A stretch of 64,000 nucleotides of DNA. Origin: Octopus vulgaris (lineage: Eukaryota). The stretch is taken from the NCBI GenBank assembly GCA_951406725.2, contig OX597826.1, forward strand, positions 73,532,001-73,596,000, read 5' to 3'. A program made the position numbers and the translations under genes. Positions 28,508-41,302 of the stretch are shown here, one piece after another (the first letter of the stretch is position 1; every line of letters starts with the position of its first letter). The notes under the pieces are model-generated. The model worked only from the letters and a program-made list of their open reading frames with translations. It ran no database searches and was not told the origin of the DNA.

Positions 28508-28863
28508 TGTGTGTGCACGTTCTCACACAAAATTAATACTTACTCGCATACAATATACATATGAAAATAATAATGATTGTGTTTCATTTGGCAGAATGAT
28601 AGATAAATATAGATTGGAGTTCAATAATATGTGCTAAAATTCTATATTCTTTACAATACAACACAAAACAATATATCACAATACATCATAATAAAAAAAA
28701 ACAATACATCACAATATAATATCATACATTACAATACGAAATAATCAAACATACCACAACAAATTAAAGCATAGAACAATACAGAATACTACATTACAAT
28801 ATAACAGAATACATAGTTTAGCACAACACAGAACAATGTTTTACAATATAGTATAACACAATG

Positions 28864-29131
28864 TGGAGGTGCAATGGTCCAGTGGTTAGGGCAGTGGGCT
28901 CGCGGTCGGAGGATCGCTGTTTCGATTCCCAGACCGGTCGTTGTGTGTGTTTATTGAGCGAAAACACCTAAGAGCTCCACGAGGCTCCGGCAGGGGTGGT
29001 GGCGACTCCTGTTGTACTCTTTTACCCAAACTTTCTCTCGCTCTTTCTTCCTGTGTCTGGGGGGAACACATATGCCACAGAAACCGGAAAACCGGGCCCA
29101 TGAGTCTGGCTAGGCTTGAAATGGGCGACGA
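28864..29131 (+). mobile_element. SINE family C with tail Y
   Basis: Same head and body as 17535 but ends CAGAAACCGGAAAACCGGGCCCATGAG; approximate TSD ATAA(C/T)ACAATG. Confidence 0.85.
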
Positions 29132-29836
29132 ATAATACAATGCATTCCAACGGAGCACAGTAGGGAACAATACAATATAGTCGACATATTACAATATATT
29201 AATATATAATATAAGCGAACAAAATGTGCAATACGGTTCAAACATGACAGGATACAGTATAATACTATATTGTATATTGTAGCTATATTGTATCATTACA
29301 GTATAGTACAATAACAACAAAATATTTTGATAATGTCTGCTTATCGTTGTATTTTTTGTCACCAAGTGATTCAAGTAATTTGCACCCGAGTAGCTTTAAC
29401 TATCTCATTTTATTTCTATCCAACATTTCGATCAGTCTACCATCTTACCGTCTTCAGGTGTCCTATTACCGTATTTCGACGTATATCCTATTTTCTAAGT
29501 AGGGTTGAGTATATATGTGTGTGTATGGGAGGGTATATGCGCATTTGTGAGTATTTCTCTGTGTACGTACGTATGTATGTATACAGGGTGTGTGTATGTA
29601 TATGTGTGTGTGTAAAAAGGTTGAATGTAGATTCGTCTTTAATTTGGAGGTTTCCAAAAAAAAAACTATTTCTAACATACATTCTTCATATTTTACTGGT
29701 AGCTTACAGGTGTAAATTTATGAATATGAAAATAATACTTGTATATGGTGTGTTGTGAATTCAGGAAAGAGATCTCATAAAACTCAACAATTTTGATAAA
29801 AATGGAGAAGTGAAAGTGTGAAAATAGAGAATTTAA

Positions 29837-29966
29837 TTCATGTAGACGATCGTTTCGTACAGCGATATAAAAATCATGCAAATTCATGGTTGAATAGAAT
29901 TAATTAATTAAATTAACTAGATTAATTTAAATTAATTATATATCACTGTACTCTTCAGTGCAAGAA
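29837..29966 (-). ncRNA. Type I hammerhead ribozyme motif with extended stem II
   Basis: TTCTTGCA-CTGAAGA-GTACAGTGATATA..TATATCGCTGTAC-GAAA-CGATCG-TC-TACATGAA; canonical core, palindromic stem III, GUC site; stem I has two mismatches. Confidence 0.7.
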
Positions 29967-30110
29967 GTATAAACAAAATTTTTTACAAAGGACTTGAGAA
30001 AGGAACTGGACTCACACATATCTTACTTTCTCATAAGAATAAATATGAATCTCTTATATTCTATTCTGCTTTTTCCTTTCTCAAATCTTTTGTTAAAATT
30101 TTGTTTATGC

Positions 30111-30236
30111 TTCCTGCACTGAAGAGTATAGTGATATATAATTAATTTAATTTAATCTAATTAATTTAATTAATTCTATTCAACCATGAATTTGCATGAT
30201 TTTTATATCGCTGTACGAAACGATCATCTGCTTGAA
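30111..30236 (+). ncRNA. Type I hammerhead ribozyme motif with extended stem II (second arm)
   Basis: TTCCTGCA-CTGAAGA-GTATAGTGATATA-(65 nt)-TATATCGCTGTAC-GAAA-CGATCA-TC-TGCTTGAA; stem III G>A lesion. Confidence 0.65.
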
Positions 30237-30418
30237 TTAAAATTCTCTTATAAATTTTAATACCTCTTCTCCATTTTTATCAAAATTGTTGAGTTTTATG
30301 GGATTTATTTCCATAAATTCACAACTATATACAAATATATACATGTATATATATATGTATGTGTGTGTGTGTATGTATACATATATGCGTTTGTATATGT
30401 ATGTGTATATACACACAT

Positions 30419-30451
<33 letters not shown>

Positions 30452-31568
30452 CATATATAATTATATACCACCAATGTATGTATGTATATATATATATATA
30501 TATACATTGGTGGTATTTAATGATTTCTAAAATAGATGCAAGGGTAGGCATGATGATGTAAAGGCTTTATATCAAACCCAGACAGACGAATAGCAATAGA
30601 CGACGCTTTCGTGATTTGACCTCAGAACGTTAAAAGCCGTAACTAAGTACCCGTAAGACACCCAATCCAATGCTCTTCTGATTCTTCGATACGCCTCTAG
30701 GATTTGAGAGTTTAAGATCCAAAATGAAAGTTTATTTCTCGGTTCTTTTTAATAAAGATGTTATAACATGTAATTTTAACATTACAGTTTTCCTCTCTTA
30801 CAAAAATAATCAAATACACCAATTATTTTATTTATTTATTTATTTATTTATTTATTTGTTAATTTATTTGCAATTTAAAGAACAAGAAAATTCTGGCTAT
30901 TTTGATCCGAATATTCTCCTGCAATAATAAGATCGTAGCTTATATTCTATTTCAATCTTTTAGACGTTTCCGCTTTTCAACTTTGAGATGAAAGTAAAAT
31001 TAATAATTGAATATAATTAACGAATCTAAATTATAGTTTTAAGCTTTGTTTTCGTTTTCTATCTTTTTTTGTGACTGGTTTATATGCAAAGCTAAACGTT
31101 CTGCAAATAACAACCTGAATTTTTCTTGGACCTTAAATCGAAAATTATTGGGTGAATTTTAGATTCCCAATTGATTTAAATTGCAGTTGGACATATTACA
31201 CTGAAAATGAACAGAAAGGTCTTAAATCGGACATACCTGACAATCTTCCCACAGGTATTATCATTCATCTATCCACACGGAGGTGAAATGAGCCTCTTCC
31301 CAAAACAAAAATAAAAGCCCTTGTGAGGACTTTTATTTTTGATTTAGGAAGAGGCGTTCAGATATTTACGGGTCCCACCTTGGTTCCCCAAGCTTCGGGT
31401 TGATTTTATGAAGTATGTCCCCGACCGTAGCCCCTGATCCCAGACCAGATATGAGCCTGCGTTATTTCAGTACTTATTGTTATTGTATGCTTTCATGGTG
31501 CTGCTGACTGACTGACTGCAGCTTTGAGTGTTAATTATGTTTATATGACGAAGTATACATTCCTTGTA

Positions 31569-32850
31569 TCAGTGATTACGAATGAAATGTCCGATTTTGA
31601 ACTGAAAGTTTATTTTATTTTATCTCAACAAAAAGCAATGCAGTTAATCAAAGTATGCACCTAAATTATCAACACAGTTTTGCCCTTTTGTTCGATAGCT
31701 TCTTTATGCCAGCAGCAAAGAATTCTGGAGAGCAACAGGTGATGAAATCACGAAAGGCTGTTTTTTGCATCTTCTTCAGATTTGAATTTTTTTCCTTGCA
31801 AAAATTTGTCTAATGCTTGTAAAACGTGATAGTCAGTTGATGCAAGGTCTGGTGAATATGGTGGATGACAGAATACTTCCAAGTTCAGTTTCTGTAACAT
31901 GAATAGCGTTCTTTGTGCAACTTGTGGTCGAGCATTGTCTTGCAAGAGAATTGGCCTGTCTCTATTGACCAATCTCGGTTGTCTAATTGCAAGTTCACTC
32001 ATCATTTCATCCAATTGGTTGATGTCTACATCCGCTGTAATTGACTTACCTGGTTTTATGAAGTTGTAGTTGATGACACCAGTGCTGGACCACCAAACAG
32101 ATACCATTAGCTTTTTTCGTGAATATTCTTTTTTGGATTGTGTTTTGTCACTTCGTCTCTATCCAACCATCGTACAGAACGCTTGCTATTGTTGAAAAGG
32201 ATCCATTTTTCATCACACGTAATAATGCGATGCAAAAATGATTCTCTTTTATGCTGTGACGGCAAAGAACAGCAAGTTTCAAGACGACGTGTCATTTGAT
32301 GCTCGTTCAGTTCGTGTGGTACCCGCTTGTCCAGCTTCTTTATCTTGCCGATTTGTTCCAGATGGTCCAATACAGTTGGAATCGAAACATCAAACCTTGC
32401 TTTTGACTCACGCGTAGTTTGTGATGTATCCGCTTCCACTAGTTTCCAACTTACCATTATCCACCTTGGTCTCAGGTCTGTCACGGGACTGATTTTCAAG
32501 AGTAAAAGTCACCAGACCGAAACTTCTCAAAACATCGACATACAGTGCGCTCATTCGCTACATCTTCACCAAACACTTCATTGATGTTTCTAGCTGTCTG
32601 GGATGCATTGGTTCCACCACCGAACTCATATTCATAAACAATACGAATTCTTGATCTATCTAGAGGTTCACAAGACTTGATTTACGAGGGAAAACTCACA
32701 CTATAATCAGACATCATGAATTGCATTTCGAAAAGTGATGATGTAAACTCTTCAATGTTGTAAAACAAAGAATTATCAGGATAAAACATTAGAGTTAACG
32801 GCTATCAAACTTGGTGCATCAGAAAATCGGACATTTCATTCTTAATGACC

Positions 32851-32853
<3 letters not shown>
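31569..32853 (-). mobile_element. Full-length (1285 bp) mariner DD34D transposon, decayed, cecropia/Hsmar1-like
   Basis: ~30-bp TIRs sharing GAATGAAATGTCCGATTTT (31569-31598, 32823-32853), TA on both sides, internal transposase motifs. Confidence 0.95.
31644..32663 (-). pseudogene. mariner transposase pseudogene
   Basis: DRSRIRIVYEYEF..TARNINEVFGEDVANERTV, RVPHEL, ITCDEKW, LLQDNARP, HPPYSPDLASTDYH (34 aa between D2 and D3), ends CVDNLGAYFD*; start codon lost, several frameshifts. Confidence 0.93.
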
Positions 32854-32939
<86 letters not shown>

Positions 32940-33230
32940 AGTGATTTACTGCGGGTTAGCTGTGTCGAATAAGTGAGAAATCGTTATTTAAAGCCACGTA
33001 GTAAACACCGCACAGCAAAAGTTGTTCTCAATCAACCAGTTCATTTACTAAACGACGTATGTATGTATGTATGTATGTATGTATGTACGTATGTATGTAT
33101 GTATATATGTATGTACGTACGTATGTATGTATGTATGTACGTACGTACGTAAGCCTGTAAGCATACGTGATTACAAATATATGCAAGGAATGTCTGCAGA
33201 TATGTGTGGGGGTATATATATATATATTTA

Positions 33231-33291
<61 letters not shown>

Positions 33292-33298
33292 GTATATA

Positions 33299-33385
<87 letters not shown>

Positions 33386-33675
33386 GTGTATATATATATG
33401 TATATATGTATATATATATATATATATATATGTTTATATATATATATATACATATACATTTATTGTATGATTCATTCTGTAAATAAGAACATATGGACTG
33501 GTTGTAGTTTTTTTATTATTATTATTAATTAATTAATTAATTAATTAATTAGCATGTGGGATTATCAAAATTGTTAAAAGATCTGGCAAAATGCCTAACA
33601 ATTTTTATTCTGGCTCTTTACGTTGTTTAGTTCAAAACATGCTGGGGTCGATAAAACGATTGCGTTAATCTAATG

Positions 33676-34181
33676 CAGGGGTGAGGGAAACCCCGTCCGC
33701 GGGCGCAATTGCGCCAGCGAGCCCATTTTATTGCGCCCGCAGGCTGGTATTTTCGTATGTACAAAATATAGTAAAATTTTCAATTATAAAATTTATACAA
33801 TATGCGTATGCCTATTTGCGACGTAATTCGCGTTTCCACTACGACTTAAAACGGTTAGATTCGGACATAAAATCGTCCGGTAATTGTCATTTGTATGGAA
33901 ATTTTGTTTCCACTATAAAACACATATTGCTAGGTTTGTACCCCCCCCCTTGAGACCCAACTACACTCTATCTGAAAAATATAGAATACCGCATAATTAT
34001 ATAAAGGTCCTAAATTCAGTGGCGGTGTTAATGAAAATGTTACGCGTTAATTTAATGTGTTAAATTTATCTTTATTAATTCATATCGAACTATACATAAA
34101 TATATGCAAGATTTACACAGAGTTATAACCTTTTACTTTGGAAATTTTCACCCGCTGAACTAAAATGTTTCCCCGCCCCTG
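33676..34181. mobile_element. hAT (Charlie-like) MITE, 506 bp
   Basis: TIRs CAGGGGTGAGGGAAAC / GTTTCCCCGCCCCTG; TSD ATCTAATG / TTCTAATG (7 of 8). Confidence 0.85.
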
Positions 34182-34624
34182 TTCTAATGCAAGAGAGGAT
34201 ATAAGCAACTAACTCCTTCCTCGCAAATTTACGATCTTTTCTCTCCTTAAGGAATTATGATTAACTAATTAAATAATAAAATGTGTGTATATGTGCGCGT
34301 GTTTATAAGTGTATACATGCTTCTATGTATGTGTGTGGTCAGAGAGAGAGAGAGACAGTGAGACAGAGGGAGAGAGAAACTGAGAGATTAGAACGTTGTC
34401 TCTGTTATTGTTTTTAAAGCTTTATAAATATTTAATCTGTATCAAAGAAGAATAATCCAGTTTGTTGGTTCACGGAAAAGTATAAATCCCAAATTAAAAG
34501 CAGTTTCTTTGTTTCAGATTGCCGGAGTATTGTTTTATTTCTTTTATTTCTTATTATTTTGAAACCTTTTTGTTTTACTGTTTTTCGTTTCTAATCAATT
34601 GTTTTTCTTTATTGTTTCTTTCAG

Positions 34625-35010
34625 TTGGGTCCCAGCAGCCAATCAGGGGGAAGAACAGCCAGACCCGAACAGCAATTTGGCCAATGGTTCATGGCAAATG
34701 GATTTACCGCATGGCATTCTCAAGAACAGTCCCACGGGATTGGCAAATCACAATGACAACAGTCCAAGGAATACTGGAAGTACGCCGACAGAAATCGGAA
34801 ACGGAAGTGACGTAGGCTCAGACAATATGACCAGCGTCTCGGCTACCGGTGTAGGTAGTCGGACGTCGCTGGTCAAAAAAAAGGTTGTGCATTCCCTGCC
34901 CCAAAATAACACAGTATTACGTTATGATCCATCGACGGAGTTAACCGAAGCTTTAATTATAGGCCCAGAAGAAGGGAAAGGCAGCCATATTTCACACAAT
35001 GGCGACGCAG
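34625..35010 (+). CDS. Internal coding exon (386 nt, 128 full codons) of an unidentified gene; likely a disordered Asn/Ser/Gly-rich segment
   Basis: Long polypyrimidine tract with TTTCAG acceptor (AG 34623-34624), donor CAG|GTTAGT at 35010/35011, open non-repetitive frame WVPAANQGEEQPDP..SHNGDA, GC above flanks; phase 2 in, phase 1 out. Confidence 0.8.
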
Positions 35011-35202
35011 GTTAGTTAGAGATTACATATAAAATCAAATTCTGCCGCTTACTGGATTTCAGCGATATTATTATATCAACTGGCTCGATTAAAATTTCGG
35101 AACCGATGATATCGAGTGACACATATTGCTTGTCGTTTCGTGATATCACATTCCGTCTTCACACCGATCACAACTTAAGTGTGCATTATTCGATCGTCGT
35201 AT

Positions 35203-35345
35203 GAGGATGTTGATGGTGATAGTAATGATTGTTGTGATGATGATGATGATGATGATGATGATGAGGATGTTGATGGTGATAGTAATGGTTGTTGTGATGA
35301 TGATGATGATGAGGAGGATGTTGATGGTGATAGTAATGATTGTTG

Positions 35346-35378
<33 letters not shown>

Positions 35379-35615
35379 GGATGTTGATGGTGATAGTAAT
35401 GGTTGTTGTGATGATGATGATGATGATGATGATGTTGATGGTGATAGTAATGGTTGTTGTGATGATGAGGATGTTGATGAGGATGATGAGGATGTTGATG
35501 GTGATAGTAATGGTTGTTGTGATGATGATGATGATGAGGATGTTGATGGTGATAGTAATGGTTGTTGTGATGATGATGATGATGAGGATGTTGATGGTGA
35601 TAGTAATGGTTGTTG

Positions 35616-35649
<34 letters not shown>

Positions 35650-35650
35650 T
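35203..35650. repeat. Minisatellite GAGGATGTTGATGGTGATAGTAATG(G/A)TTGTTGT(GAT)n, about 8 units
   Basis: Direct reading. Confidence 0.95.
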
Positions 35651-35775
35651 GAGAGGAACGTAGCAAGGATGGTGGTGTTAAATGATCATAATGATGATCC
35701 TGATGTGATGGCGATGACGGCGTCTAACAACTTCTGCAGGTGTTTAACGATAAACTGTGTTGTTTTACCACAGAG

Positions 35776-35810
35776 CAGGGAGTGGCGAACTACGGCCCGC
35801 GGGCCAAATT
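35776..35810 (+). mobile_element. hAT Charlie-type terminal fragment (MER58-like end)
   Basis: CAGGGAGTGGCGAACTACGGCCCGCGGGCCAAAT; no partner TIR found. Confidence 0.55.
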
Positions 35811-36582
35811 CACCCTCCCCTCCAACATACTTCATTTCACCCTTCATTTTATCATATTTTATTAGGTATATGGTGTTACATACAAAAATTCTTTTTTTTT
35901 CTTTTGATATCTAGTTTTTGGTTTTGTTTTCTTTTTTGCTTCTCTGTCTCTTTCCCTCTTTCGGCCCTATCTCTCTCTCTCCCTCCCTCACTCTCCCTCT
36001 CTCCCTCCCTCCCTCTCTCTCTCCCTTTATCTACCTTTTAGATAGTGAACGATAAAAATTACTGTAAAACAAACGCCATATTTTTGCAAAGGCTTTAAAT
36101 GAATCAAAGTTTTATATAGCTTCAAACATAGATGCAAGGGCCAGCGATTTTGAAGGAAGATGTTAATCGATCACATCGATCCCTATACTTGAATGGTATT
36201 TTATTCTCATCAACCCCACTAAAAAAAAATCAAAATTAAAGTTTCCAAAAATGCGACATTTTAAACAATGAATGTTTTCACTTTCCCCAAGCAACACAGA
36301 ATAACAATGCTTCGTGCGCTGTCACAATGTTATTTATATGCAAAATCGATTCTAAAACATGGAAGGAGAGACAAAATATATTTATTTGTCCTTTGAGAAA
36401 ATCAGGTAAATCGGCCGGAACTGCATTTACCCATCAAAGCCGCAATCACCCATATTCGGCTCTACTAAAAGTGTTCGAACTCACTGAGGTATACTTTGCC
36501 ATACAGGATAGACACGTACTCACTTTTTATGTCGTCAGCAAATATATAGCGCTTCTTTCATTATAATAAGATGACGTTTAAA

Positions 36583-37080
36583 ATATTTGTTTCAAATTAT
36601 GGTACAAGGCCAGCAATTTCGAGGGAGGAAGTTAAGTTGATTACATTGTCCCCAGGGTTCAACTGGTATTTATTTTATCGATCCCGAAAAGATGAACGGC
36701 AAAGTCGACCTCAGCGGAATTTGAACCCGGAACGTAACGAGTCGGAAGAAATGCTGCTAAGCATTTTGTCCGACGCGGTAACGATTCTGCTAGCGATCCG
36801 CCTTAGTGACGTTTAAAATATTGGTTTTCAATTCTGATATACGGCCAGCAATTTTGGGGGAGATGATAAGTCGATTACATTGACCCCCAGGGTTCAACTG
36901 ATACTTCTTTTATCGACCCCCGAAAGGGATAAAAGGCAAGGTCAACCTCAGTGGAAATCGAACTCAGAACGTAAAGTCGGAAGAAATGCCGCTAAGTATT
37001 TTTCCCGGAGCGGTGACAATTCTGCCAGCTCACGGCCTTATTGGTTTCAAATTTTAGCACAAGGCCAGCAATTTTGGCCA
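36583..37080 (-). mobile_element. Head-to-tail array of SINE B2 (two full copies and one tail)
   Basis: B core twice; GACGTTTAAAATATT duplicated around the first copy. Confidence 0.88.
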
Positions 37081-37914
37081 CACAGCGATGCCTGCACCTG
37101 CATAATCATGGCTCCATATTTTATTCGCTCTGTCCCGCAAAACATAAAAAAAAAACATTTCCAAACTGGCCCACCTCCAAGAAGTTTGTGATTTCCTGTT
37201 TTAGAGCTAGAAATTCCTTGCTAACAAAATCTCCGATCAGCTTCGATTTCTATAAGTAGATATCTATCTTAACTGGGGGGGAGGGGATACATGAACATAG
37301 TATCATTCATTCTGCCTTCCTTTGGAATCTTTTCTACCTGAAGAAGGGTGCGGCCTTGTATCTAGGTTACAAATCAACACTTCCGTTCTCTTACCCACCA
37401 AGTCCGCCATCTGCGTTCGATTCCCAGTTTGGTGCTGCTACATTTTCAATTAAATCATTATTAACAGCTTCTTTTAGAAACTACTTCCACGATCTCAACA
37501 TTCTTTACTGGCTCCGTCGCCATCATTATCACCATCATCATCATCATCATCATCATACTCAACAAGTGCCTCATTCACCTTATTTCCGGTGCTGTTAGTA
37601 AGACTGCATCTAAGATGGTATTCAGTTAATTGTGCTCACGTGTACAAGTGCATAAACACTACAGACATACTCACTTCTACACGCATGCAATTCCAGCTTG
37701 TAACCTCATGTGAGTGTGTTCGTATGCGTACTCAGTGTGTCTATGGATGTGTGTCTATGGATGTGAGTATGTGTGTGTGTGCACATTTTCATTTATTCCA
37801 CTTGAAGACTGAATTCCCAAAATACGTGTTGAGTGGTCTCTTTCACTGTTTATAAAAAAAAAAAACCTTTTCGAGATTTTACATAAACATTTAGCAATAA
37901 ATGAATAAGTTCAT

Positions 37915-37994
<80 letters not shown>

Positions 37995-38226
37995 ACATAT
38001 ATATTTATATACATACATATATACATACATATACATTACATATACATATATATATACATATATATATATTTATATACATACATATATACATACATATACA
38101 TTACATATACATATATATATACATATATATATATTTATATACATATATACATACATATACATTACATATATATACATATATATTTATATACATATATACA
38201 TACATATATACATACATATACATTAC

Positions 38227-38259
<33 letters not shown>

Positions 38260-38312
38260 TATACATATATATTTATATACATATATACATACATATATAC
38301 ATACATATACAT

Positions 38313-38360
<48 letters not shown>

Positions 38361-38390
38361 CACATATATATACATACATATATATACGTA
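37915..38390. repeat. (TA)n/(CATA)n compound microsatellite with recurring TACATTAC
   Basis: Direct reading. Confidence 0.95.
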
Positions 38391-38562
38391 ATTTTGTATA
38401 AACATATCTGTAGCTGTGTATATTTATTTATTAATTTTGTTACCTTCTTTTCTTTTTTCTTTTATTATTTGAATTCTTCTTGCAATGAAGTTTCTAACAG
38501 ACTTCCAAAGTTCCATCGCTGAAATTGAAATAACATTTGAGATCTGATGTACTTTTAGTATA

Positions 38563-38892
38563 GTGAAGGCGCGTGGCTTAGTAGTGGTTAGGAGGATTCG
38601 GCCCCACAATCGCAGGGCCCTGAGTTCGATTCCTGGCGACGCGTTGCATCCTTTGAGCATGACACTTCATTTAACTTTGCTCCAGTCCACTCAGCTGACA
38701 AAAACGAGTTGTACTTGTAATTCAAAGGGGCCAGCCTTGTCACATTCTGCGTCACGTTGAATCTCCACGAGAACTACGTTAAGGGTACACGTGTCTGTGG
38801 AATACTCAGCCACTTGCGCGTTAATTTCAGGAGAAGGCTGTTCCGTTGACCGGGTCAGCTGGAACCCATGTCGTCGTAAGCGACAGAGGGCC
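38563..38892 (+). mobile_element. SINE family D (CORE-like) with tail X
   Basis: GTGAAGGCGCGTGGCTTAGT head, GAGTTCGATTCC B-box, CTTTGAGCATGACACTT..CTCAGCTG..GAGT block; tail shared with 17731-17919. Confidence 0.88.
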
Positions 38893-39154
38893 AAGCCTGA
38901 ACAAGTCACTTTATTTCACGTTGTTCCTGTCCACTCAGCTGGCAAAAATGAGTTGCACCTGTATTTCAAAGGGCCATTTGTTCCACTAAACCCTTGAAGG
39001 TGGGGCCCCAGCATGGCCGCAGTCTAATGACAAAAGCATAGACAGGTATAAAAGAATATGCATGTGTGTATGTGTAGGTATATTGATAATAATTTAATTG
39101 GTATGGGGGGTGTTTTGATTACTGTTTGTGTGTGTTTTGTATATTCTTTTGTTT

Positions 39155-39325
39155 TATCTTTTACTTGTTTCAGTCATTGGACTGCGGCCACGCTGGGGCA
39201 CCGCCGTGAACAAATCTATCCCAGTACTCATGCTTTAAGCCTAGCACTTATTCTATCGGTCTTTTTTGCCGAACGACCACTACGTTACGAGCACGTGAAC
39301 AAACCAGCACCGGTTGTCAACCGGC
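39155..39325 (-). mobile_element. SINE family A 3' half
   Basis: TTTTACTTGTTTCAGTCATTGGACTGCGGCCA. Confidence 0.75.
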
Positions 39326-39577
39326 GAGAGATGATACAGCCGCTAAGCCGCGATTTGGTATGGTGGAGATTATTCTCTCAAAGCACCAGGTGTTCAAACA
39401 CCCGAGAGTCGTGGACAGACGAGACAATTCACCTCAGATCCCCCATTCAGGAATGATGGGTATCGATGTTTTGCCACTTTTGTGGCTTATCAATATCGCG
39501 TGCCCGAATCGAATCGGAGGTGATTCATATTGACCTGAAACCAATGGTAGCCTTGTTAACCCATAAATGAAGTGTGT

Positions 39578-39609
<32 letters not shown>

Positions 39610-39789
39610 ATTGGATGGCCGTTAACTGCTCATGAGCTCTTCCGCCCTTTGACAGTCTTATTTTTCGTCCTGCAAGGTGCACATATGTATGTCTGCATGT
39701 ATGTATGCGCGGGGACGTGAAAATACCTGGGTTGGTGTCCGGGCGCGCAGTTGGCCCACTGGGAGTTGGAGGCCCCTCTGTTGTAATCA

Positions 39790-40400
39790 CAATATCTCTC
39801 TATGAGAAGGAATCTCAGAGAAAACCTGCGACACTGACAATATACGATGATGTAGACTAGTTCTTCCTTTCAAGTTTATGTTGTCCATGTTCAGTGAATG
39901 GGATTGGATTTGTGCAAATCTTTTCTCTAGTATAAAAAAAAATCTATCATGCACAGGCATCGCTTGAAAAAAAGTAAGACTTATCACAAAAAATGGTTGA
40001 TACGAGCATCGCATGTCTAGGACTTTCGATCAGGCGATGGCAATACTTGAACACAAGGTTGCAGCCATTATGCTTGCAAGTATGCATGTATGTACATGTA
40101 TGGATGTTTATGTGTATATGAATGTACGAATTCATACATGTGCGATGTGTGTGTATAAACGGGGTTTTGTATCTACCAACAGCCATACCACAACCACTTT
40201 AAAAAGGCCTTTACTCCATATCGTTGTTATCTCCCCTTTCTACCTCTCCCGTCACTGCTAGACACCGCCTTCAACCTATCGTCTGCACTGTTCAATCATT
40301 CTAATGACAACTACACCACTCTAAAATCTTTCGTTGCCGCCACTTCTAACGAATGAGCCATGCCCTCTTATCTTGACATAAGCCATCAGTCTCACTTGAA
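39790..40400 (+). mobile_element. Highly decayed CR1/L2/Jockey-like LINE RT remnant
   Basis: MSRTFDQA-WQ at 40013 resembles the DxSKAFDxVWH motif; the rest is only loosely similar. Confidence 0.35.
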
Positions 40401-40548
40401 CCCTACATCTGTCCACTCTCCACTCGACTATCGACTCAGACTTTATAGTTGAACCCATATCGTCTTTCTCGCCGCCAAAAACTTTAAGACCTTTCATCAG
40501 TTTGAAGAAGGGAGTGGGGGGATGCAACGTTTGTTGTTGTTGTTGTTC

Positions 40549-40584
<36 letters not shown>

Positions 40585-41302
40585 CAGCAGCAGTAGCAGC
40601 AGCAGCAGTCGTTGTTGTTGTTGTTGTTGTTGTTGTACAGAGGAAGAAATAGTGAGTTAGAGAGAGACGAAGTAGAAGAGAAAAACGATCAGGAATGAAT
40701 ACAATCTCTCGGAATAGCCTTTTATTCTTTTATTCCTTTACTGGTTTTATTCCTTTACTGCGGCTATTCTAGACACAGCCTTCAAGGGTTTTCAGACGAT
40801 CAAATCTTACTTCAGCATAGTATGTGTCCTGTGCTACACATATACACACATACACACACAACTGAAAAATGCATACACACAAAATAATATTTAATTGATA
40901 CACGTACAGATATATATACAAAACACAAAAGGGAGCTTGATCTACTATAAATAGCTATCAAATCTCCCTCCTACCTACTTATAAAAAACTGCATAGTATA
41001 ACTATAAATGCACTATGATTGAAAAAAATGCGAGATGGCTTTCGATGGGGTAGGGATAATATGCCGTTAAAAGTCAAAGTATTTCATTTGCTATTAATAA
41101 TTTCCCAAGTTTTATATAAATATTTACAATAATTGTATTTATACTAGCTTTATCGAACCAGTCTGGATATTGTGGTATATTTGTTCGCCAAGTTCCAGAC
41201 TATACTGATCTAAAAATAGCATATTTGATGATGATCGGATATCGAACTGATCGAAATAAAATATAGATATAACTGTTGTATATAAACACTCTAAATTTTA
41301 AT

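Larger units (their letters stand above)
29739..30335. repeat. Fold-back element, ~265-bp inverted arms and 67-nt spacer (PLE-like inverted pLTRs)
   Basis: Arms 29739-30005 and 30073-30335 are reverse complements; best match around the HHR. Confidence 0.9.

Noticed and set aside
34518-34815. Upstream alternative acceptor (TTTCAG at 34517) and ORF 34519-34815
   Set aside because: Would add 107 nt of polypyrimidine tract and shift the frame
34710-34900. PP1-docking motifs (GILK plus KKKVVH) in the exon peptide
   Set aside because: The second motif lacks the F/W required for RVxF, and GILK alone is too short to be informative
35203-35650. CRISPR-like array with ~33-bp repeats
   Set aside because: Spacers are only (GAT)n, context is eukaryotic, no cas genes
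35179-35652. Asp/Cys-rich ORF resembling an acidic biomineral protein
   Set aside because: Lies within a (GAT)n-derived minisatellite, has a non-ATG start, overlapping frames are also open, and there are no convincing splice sites
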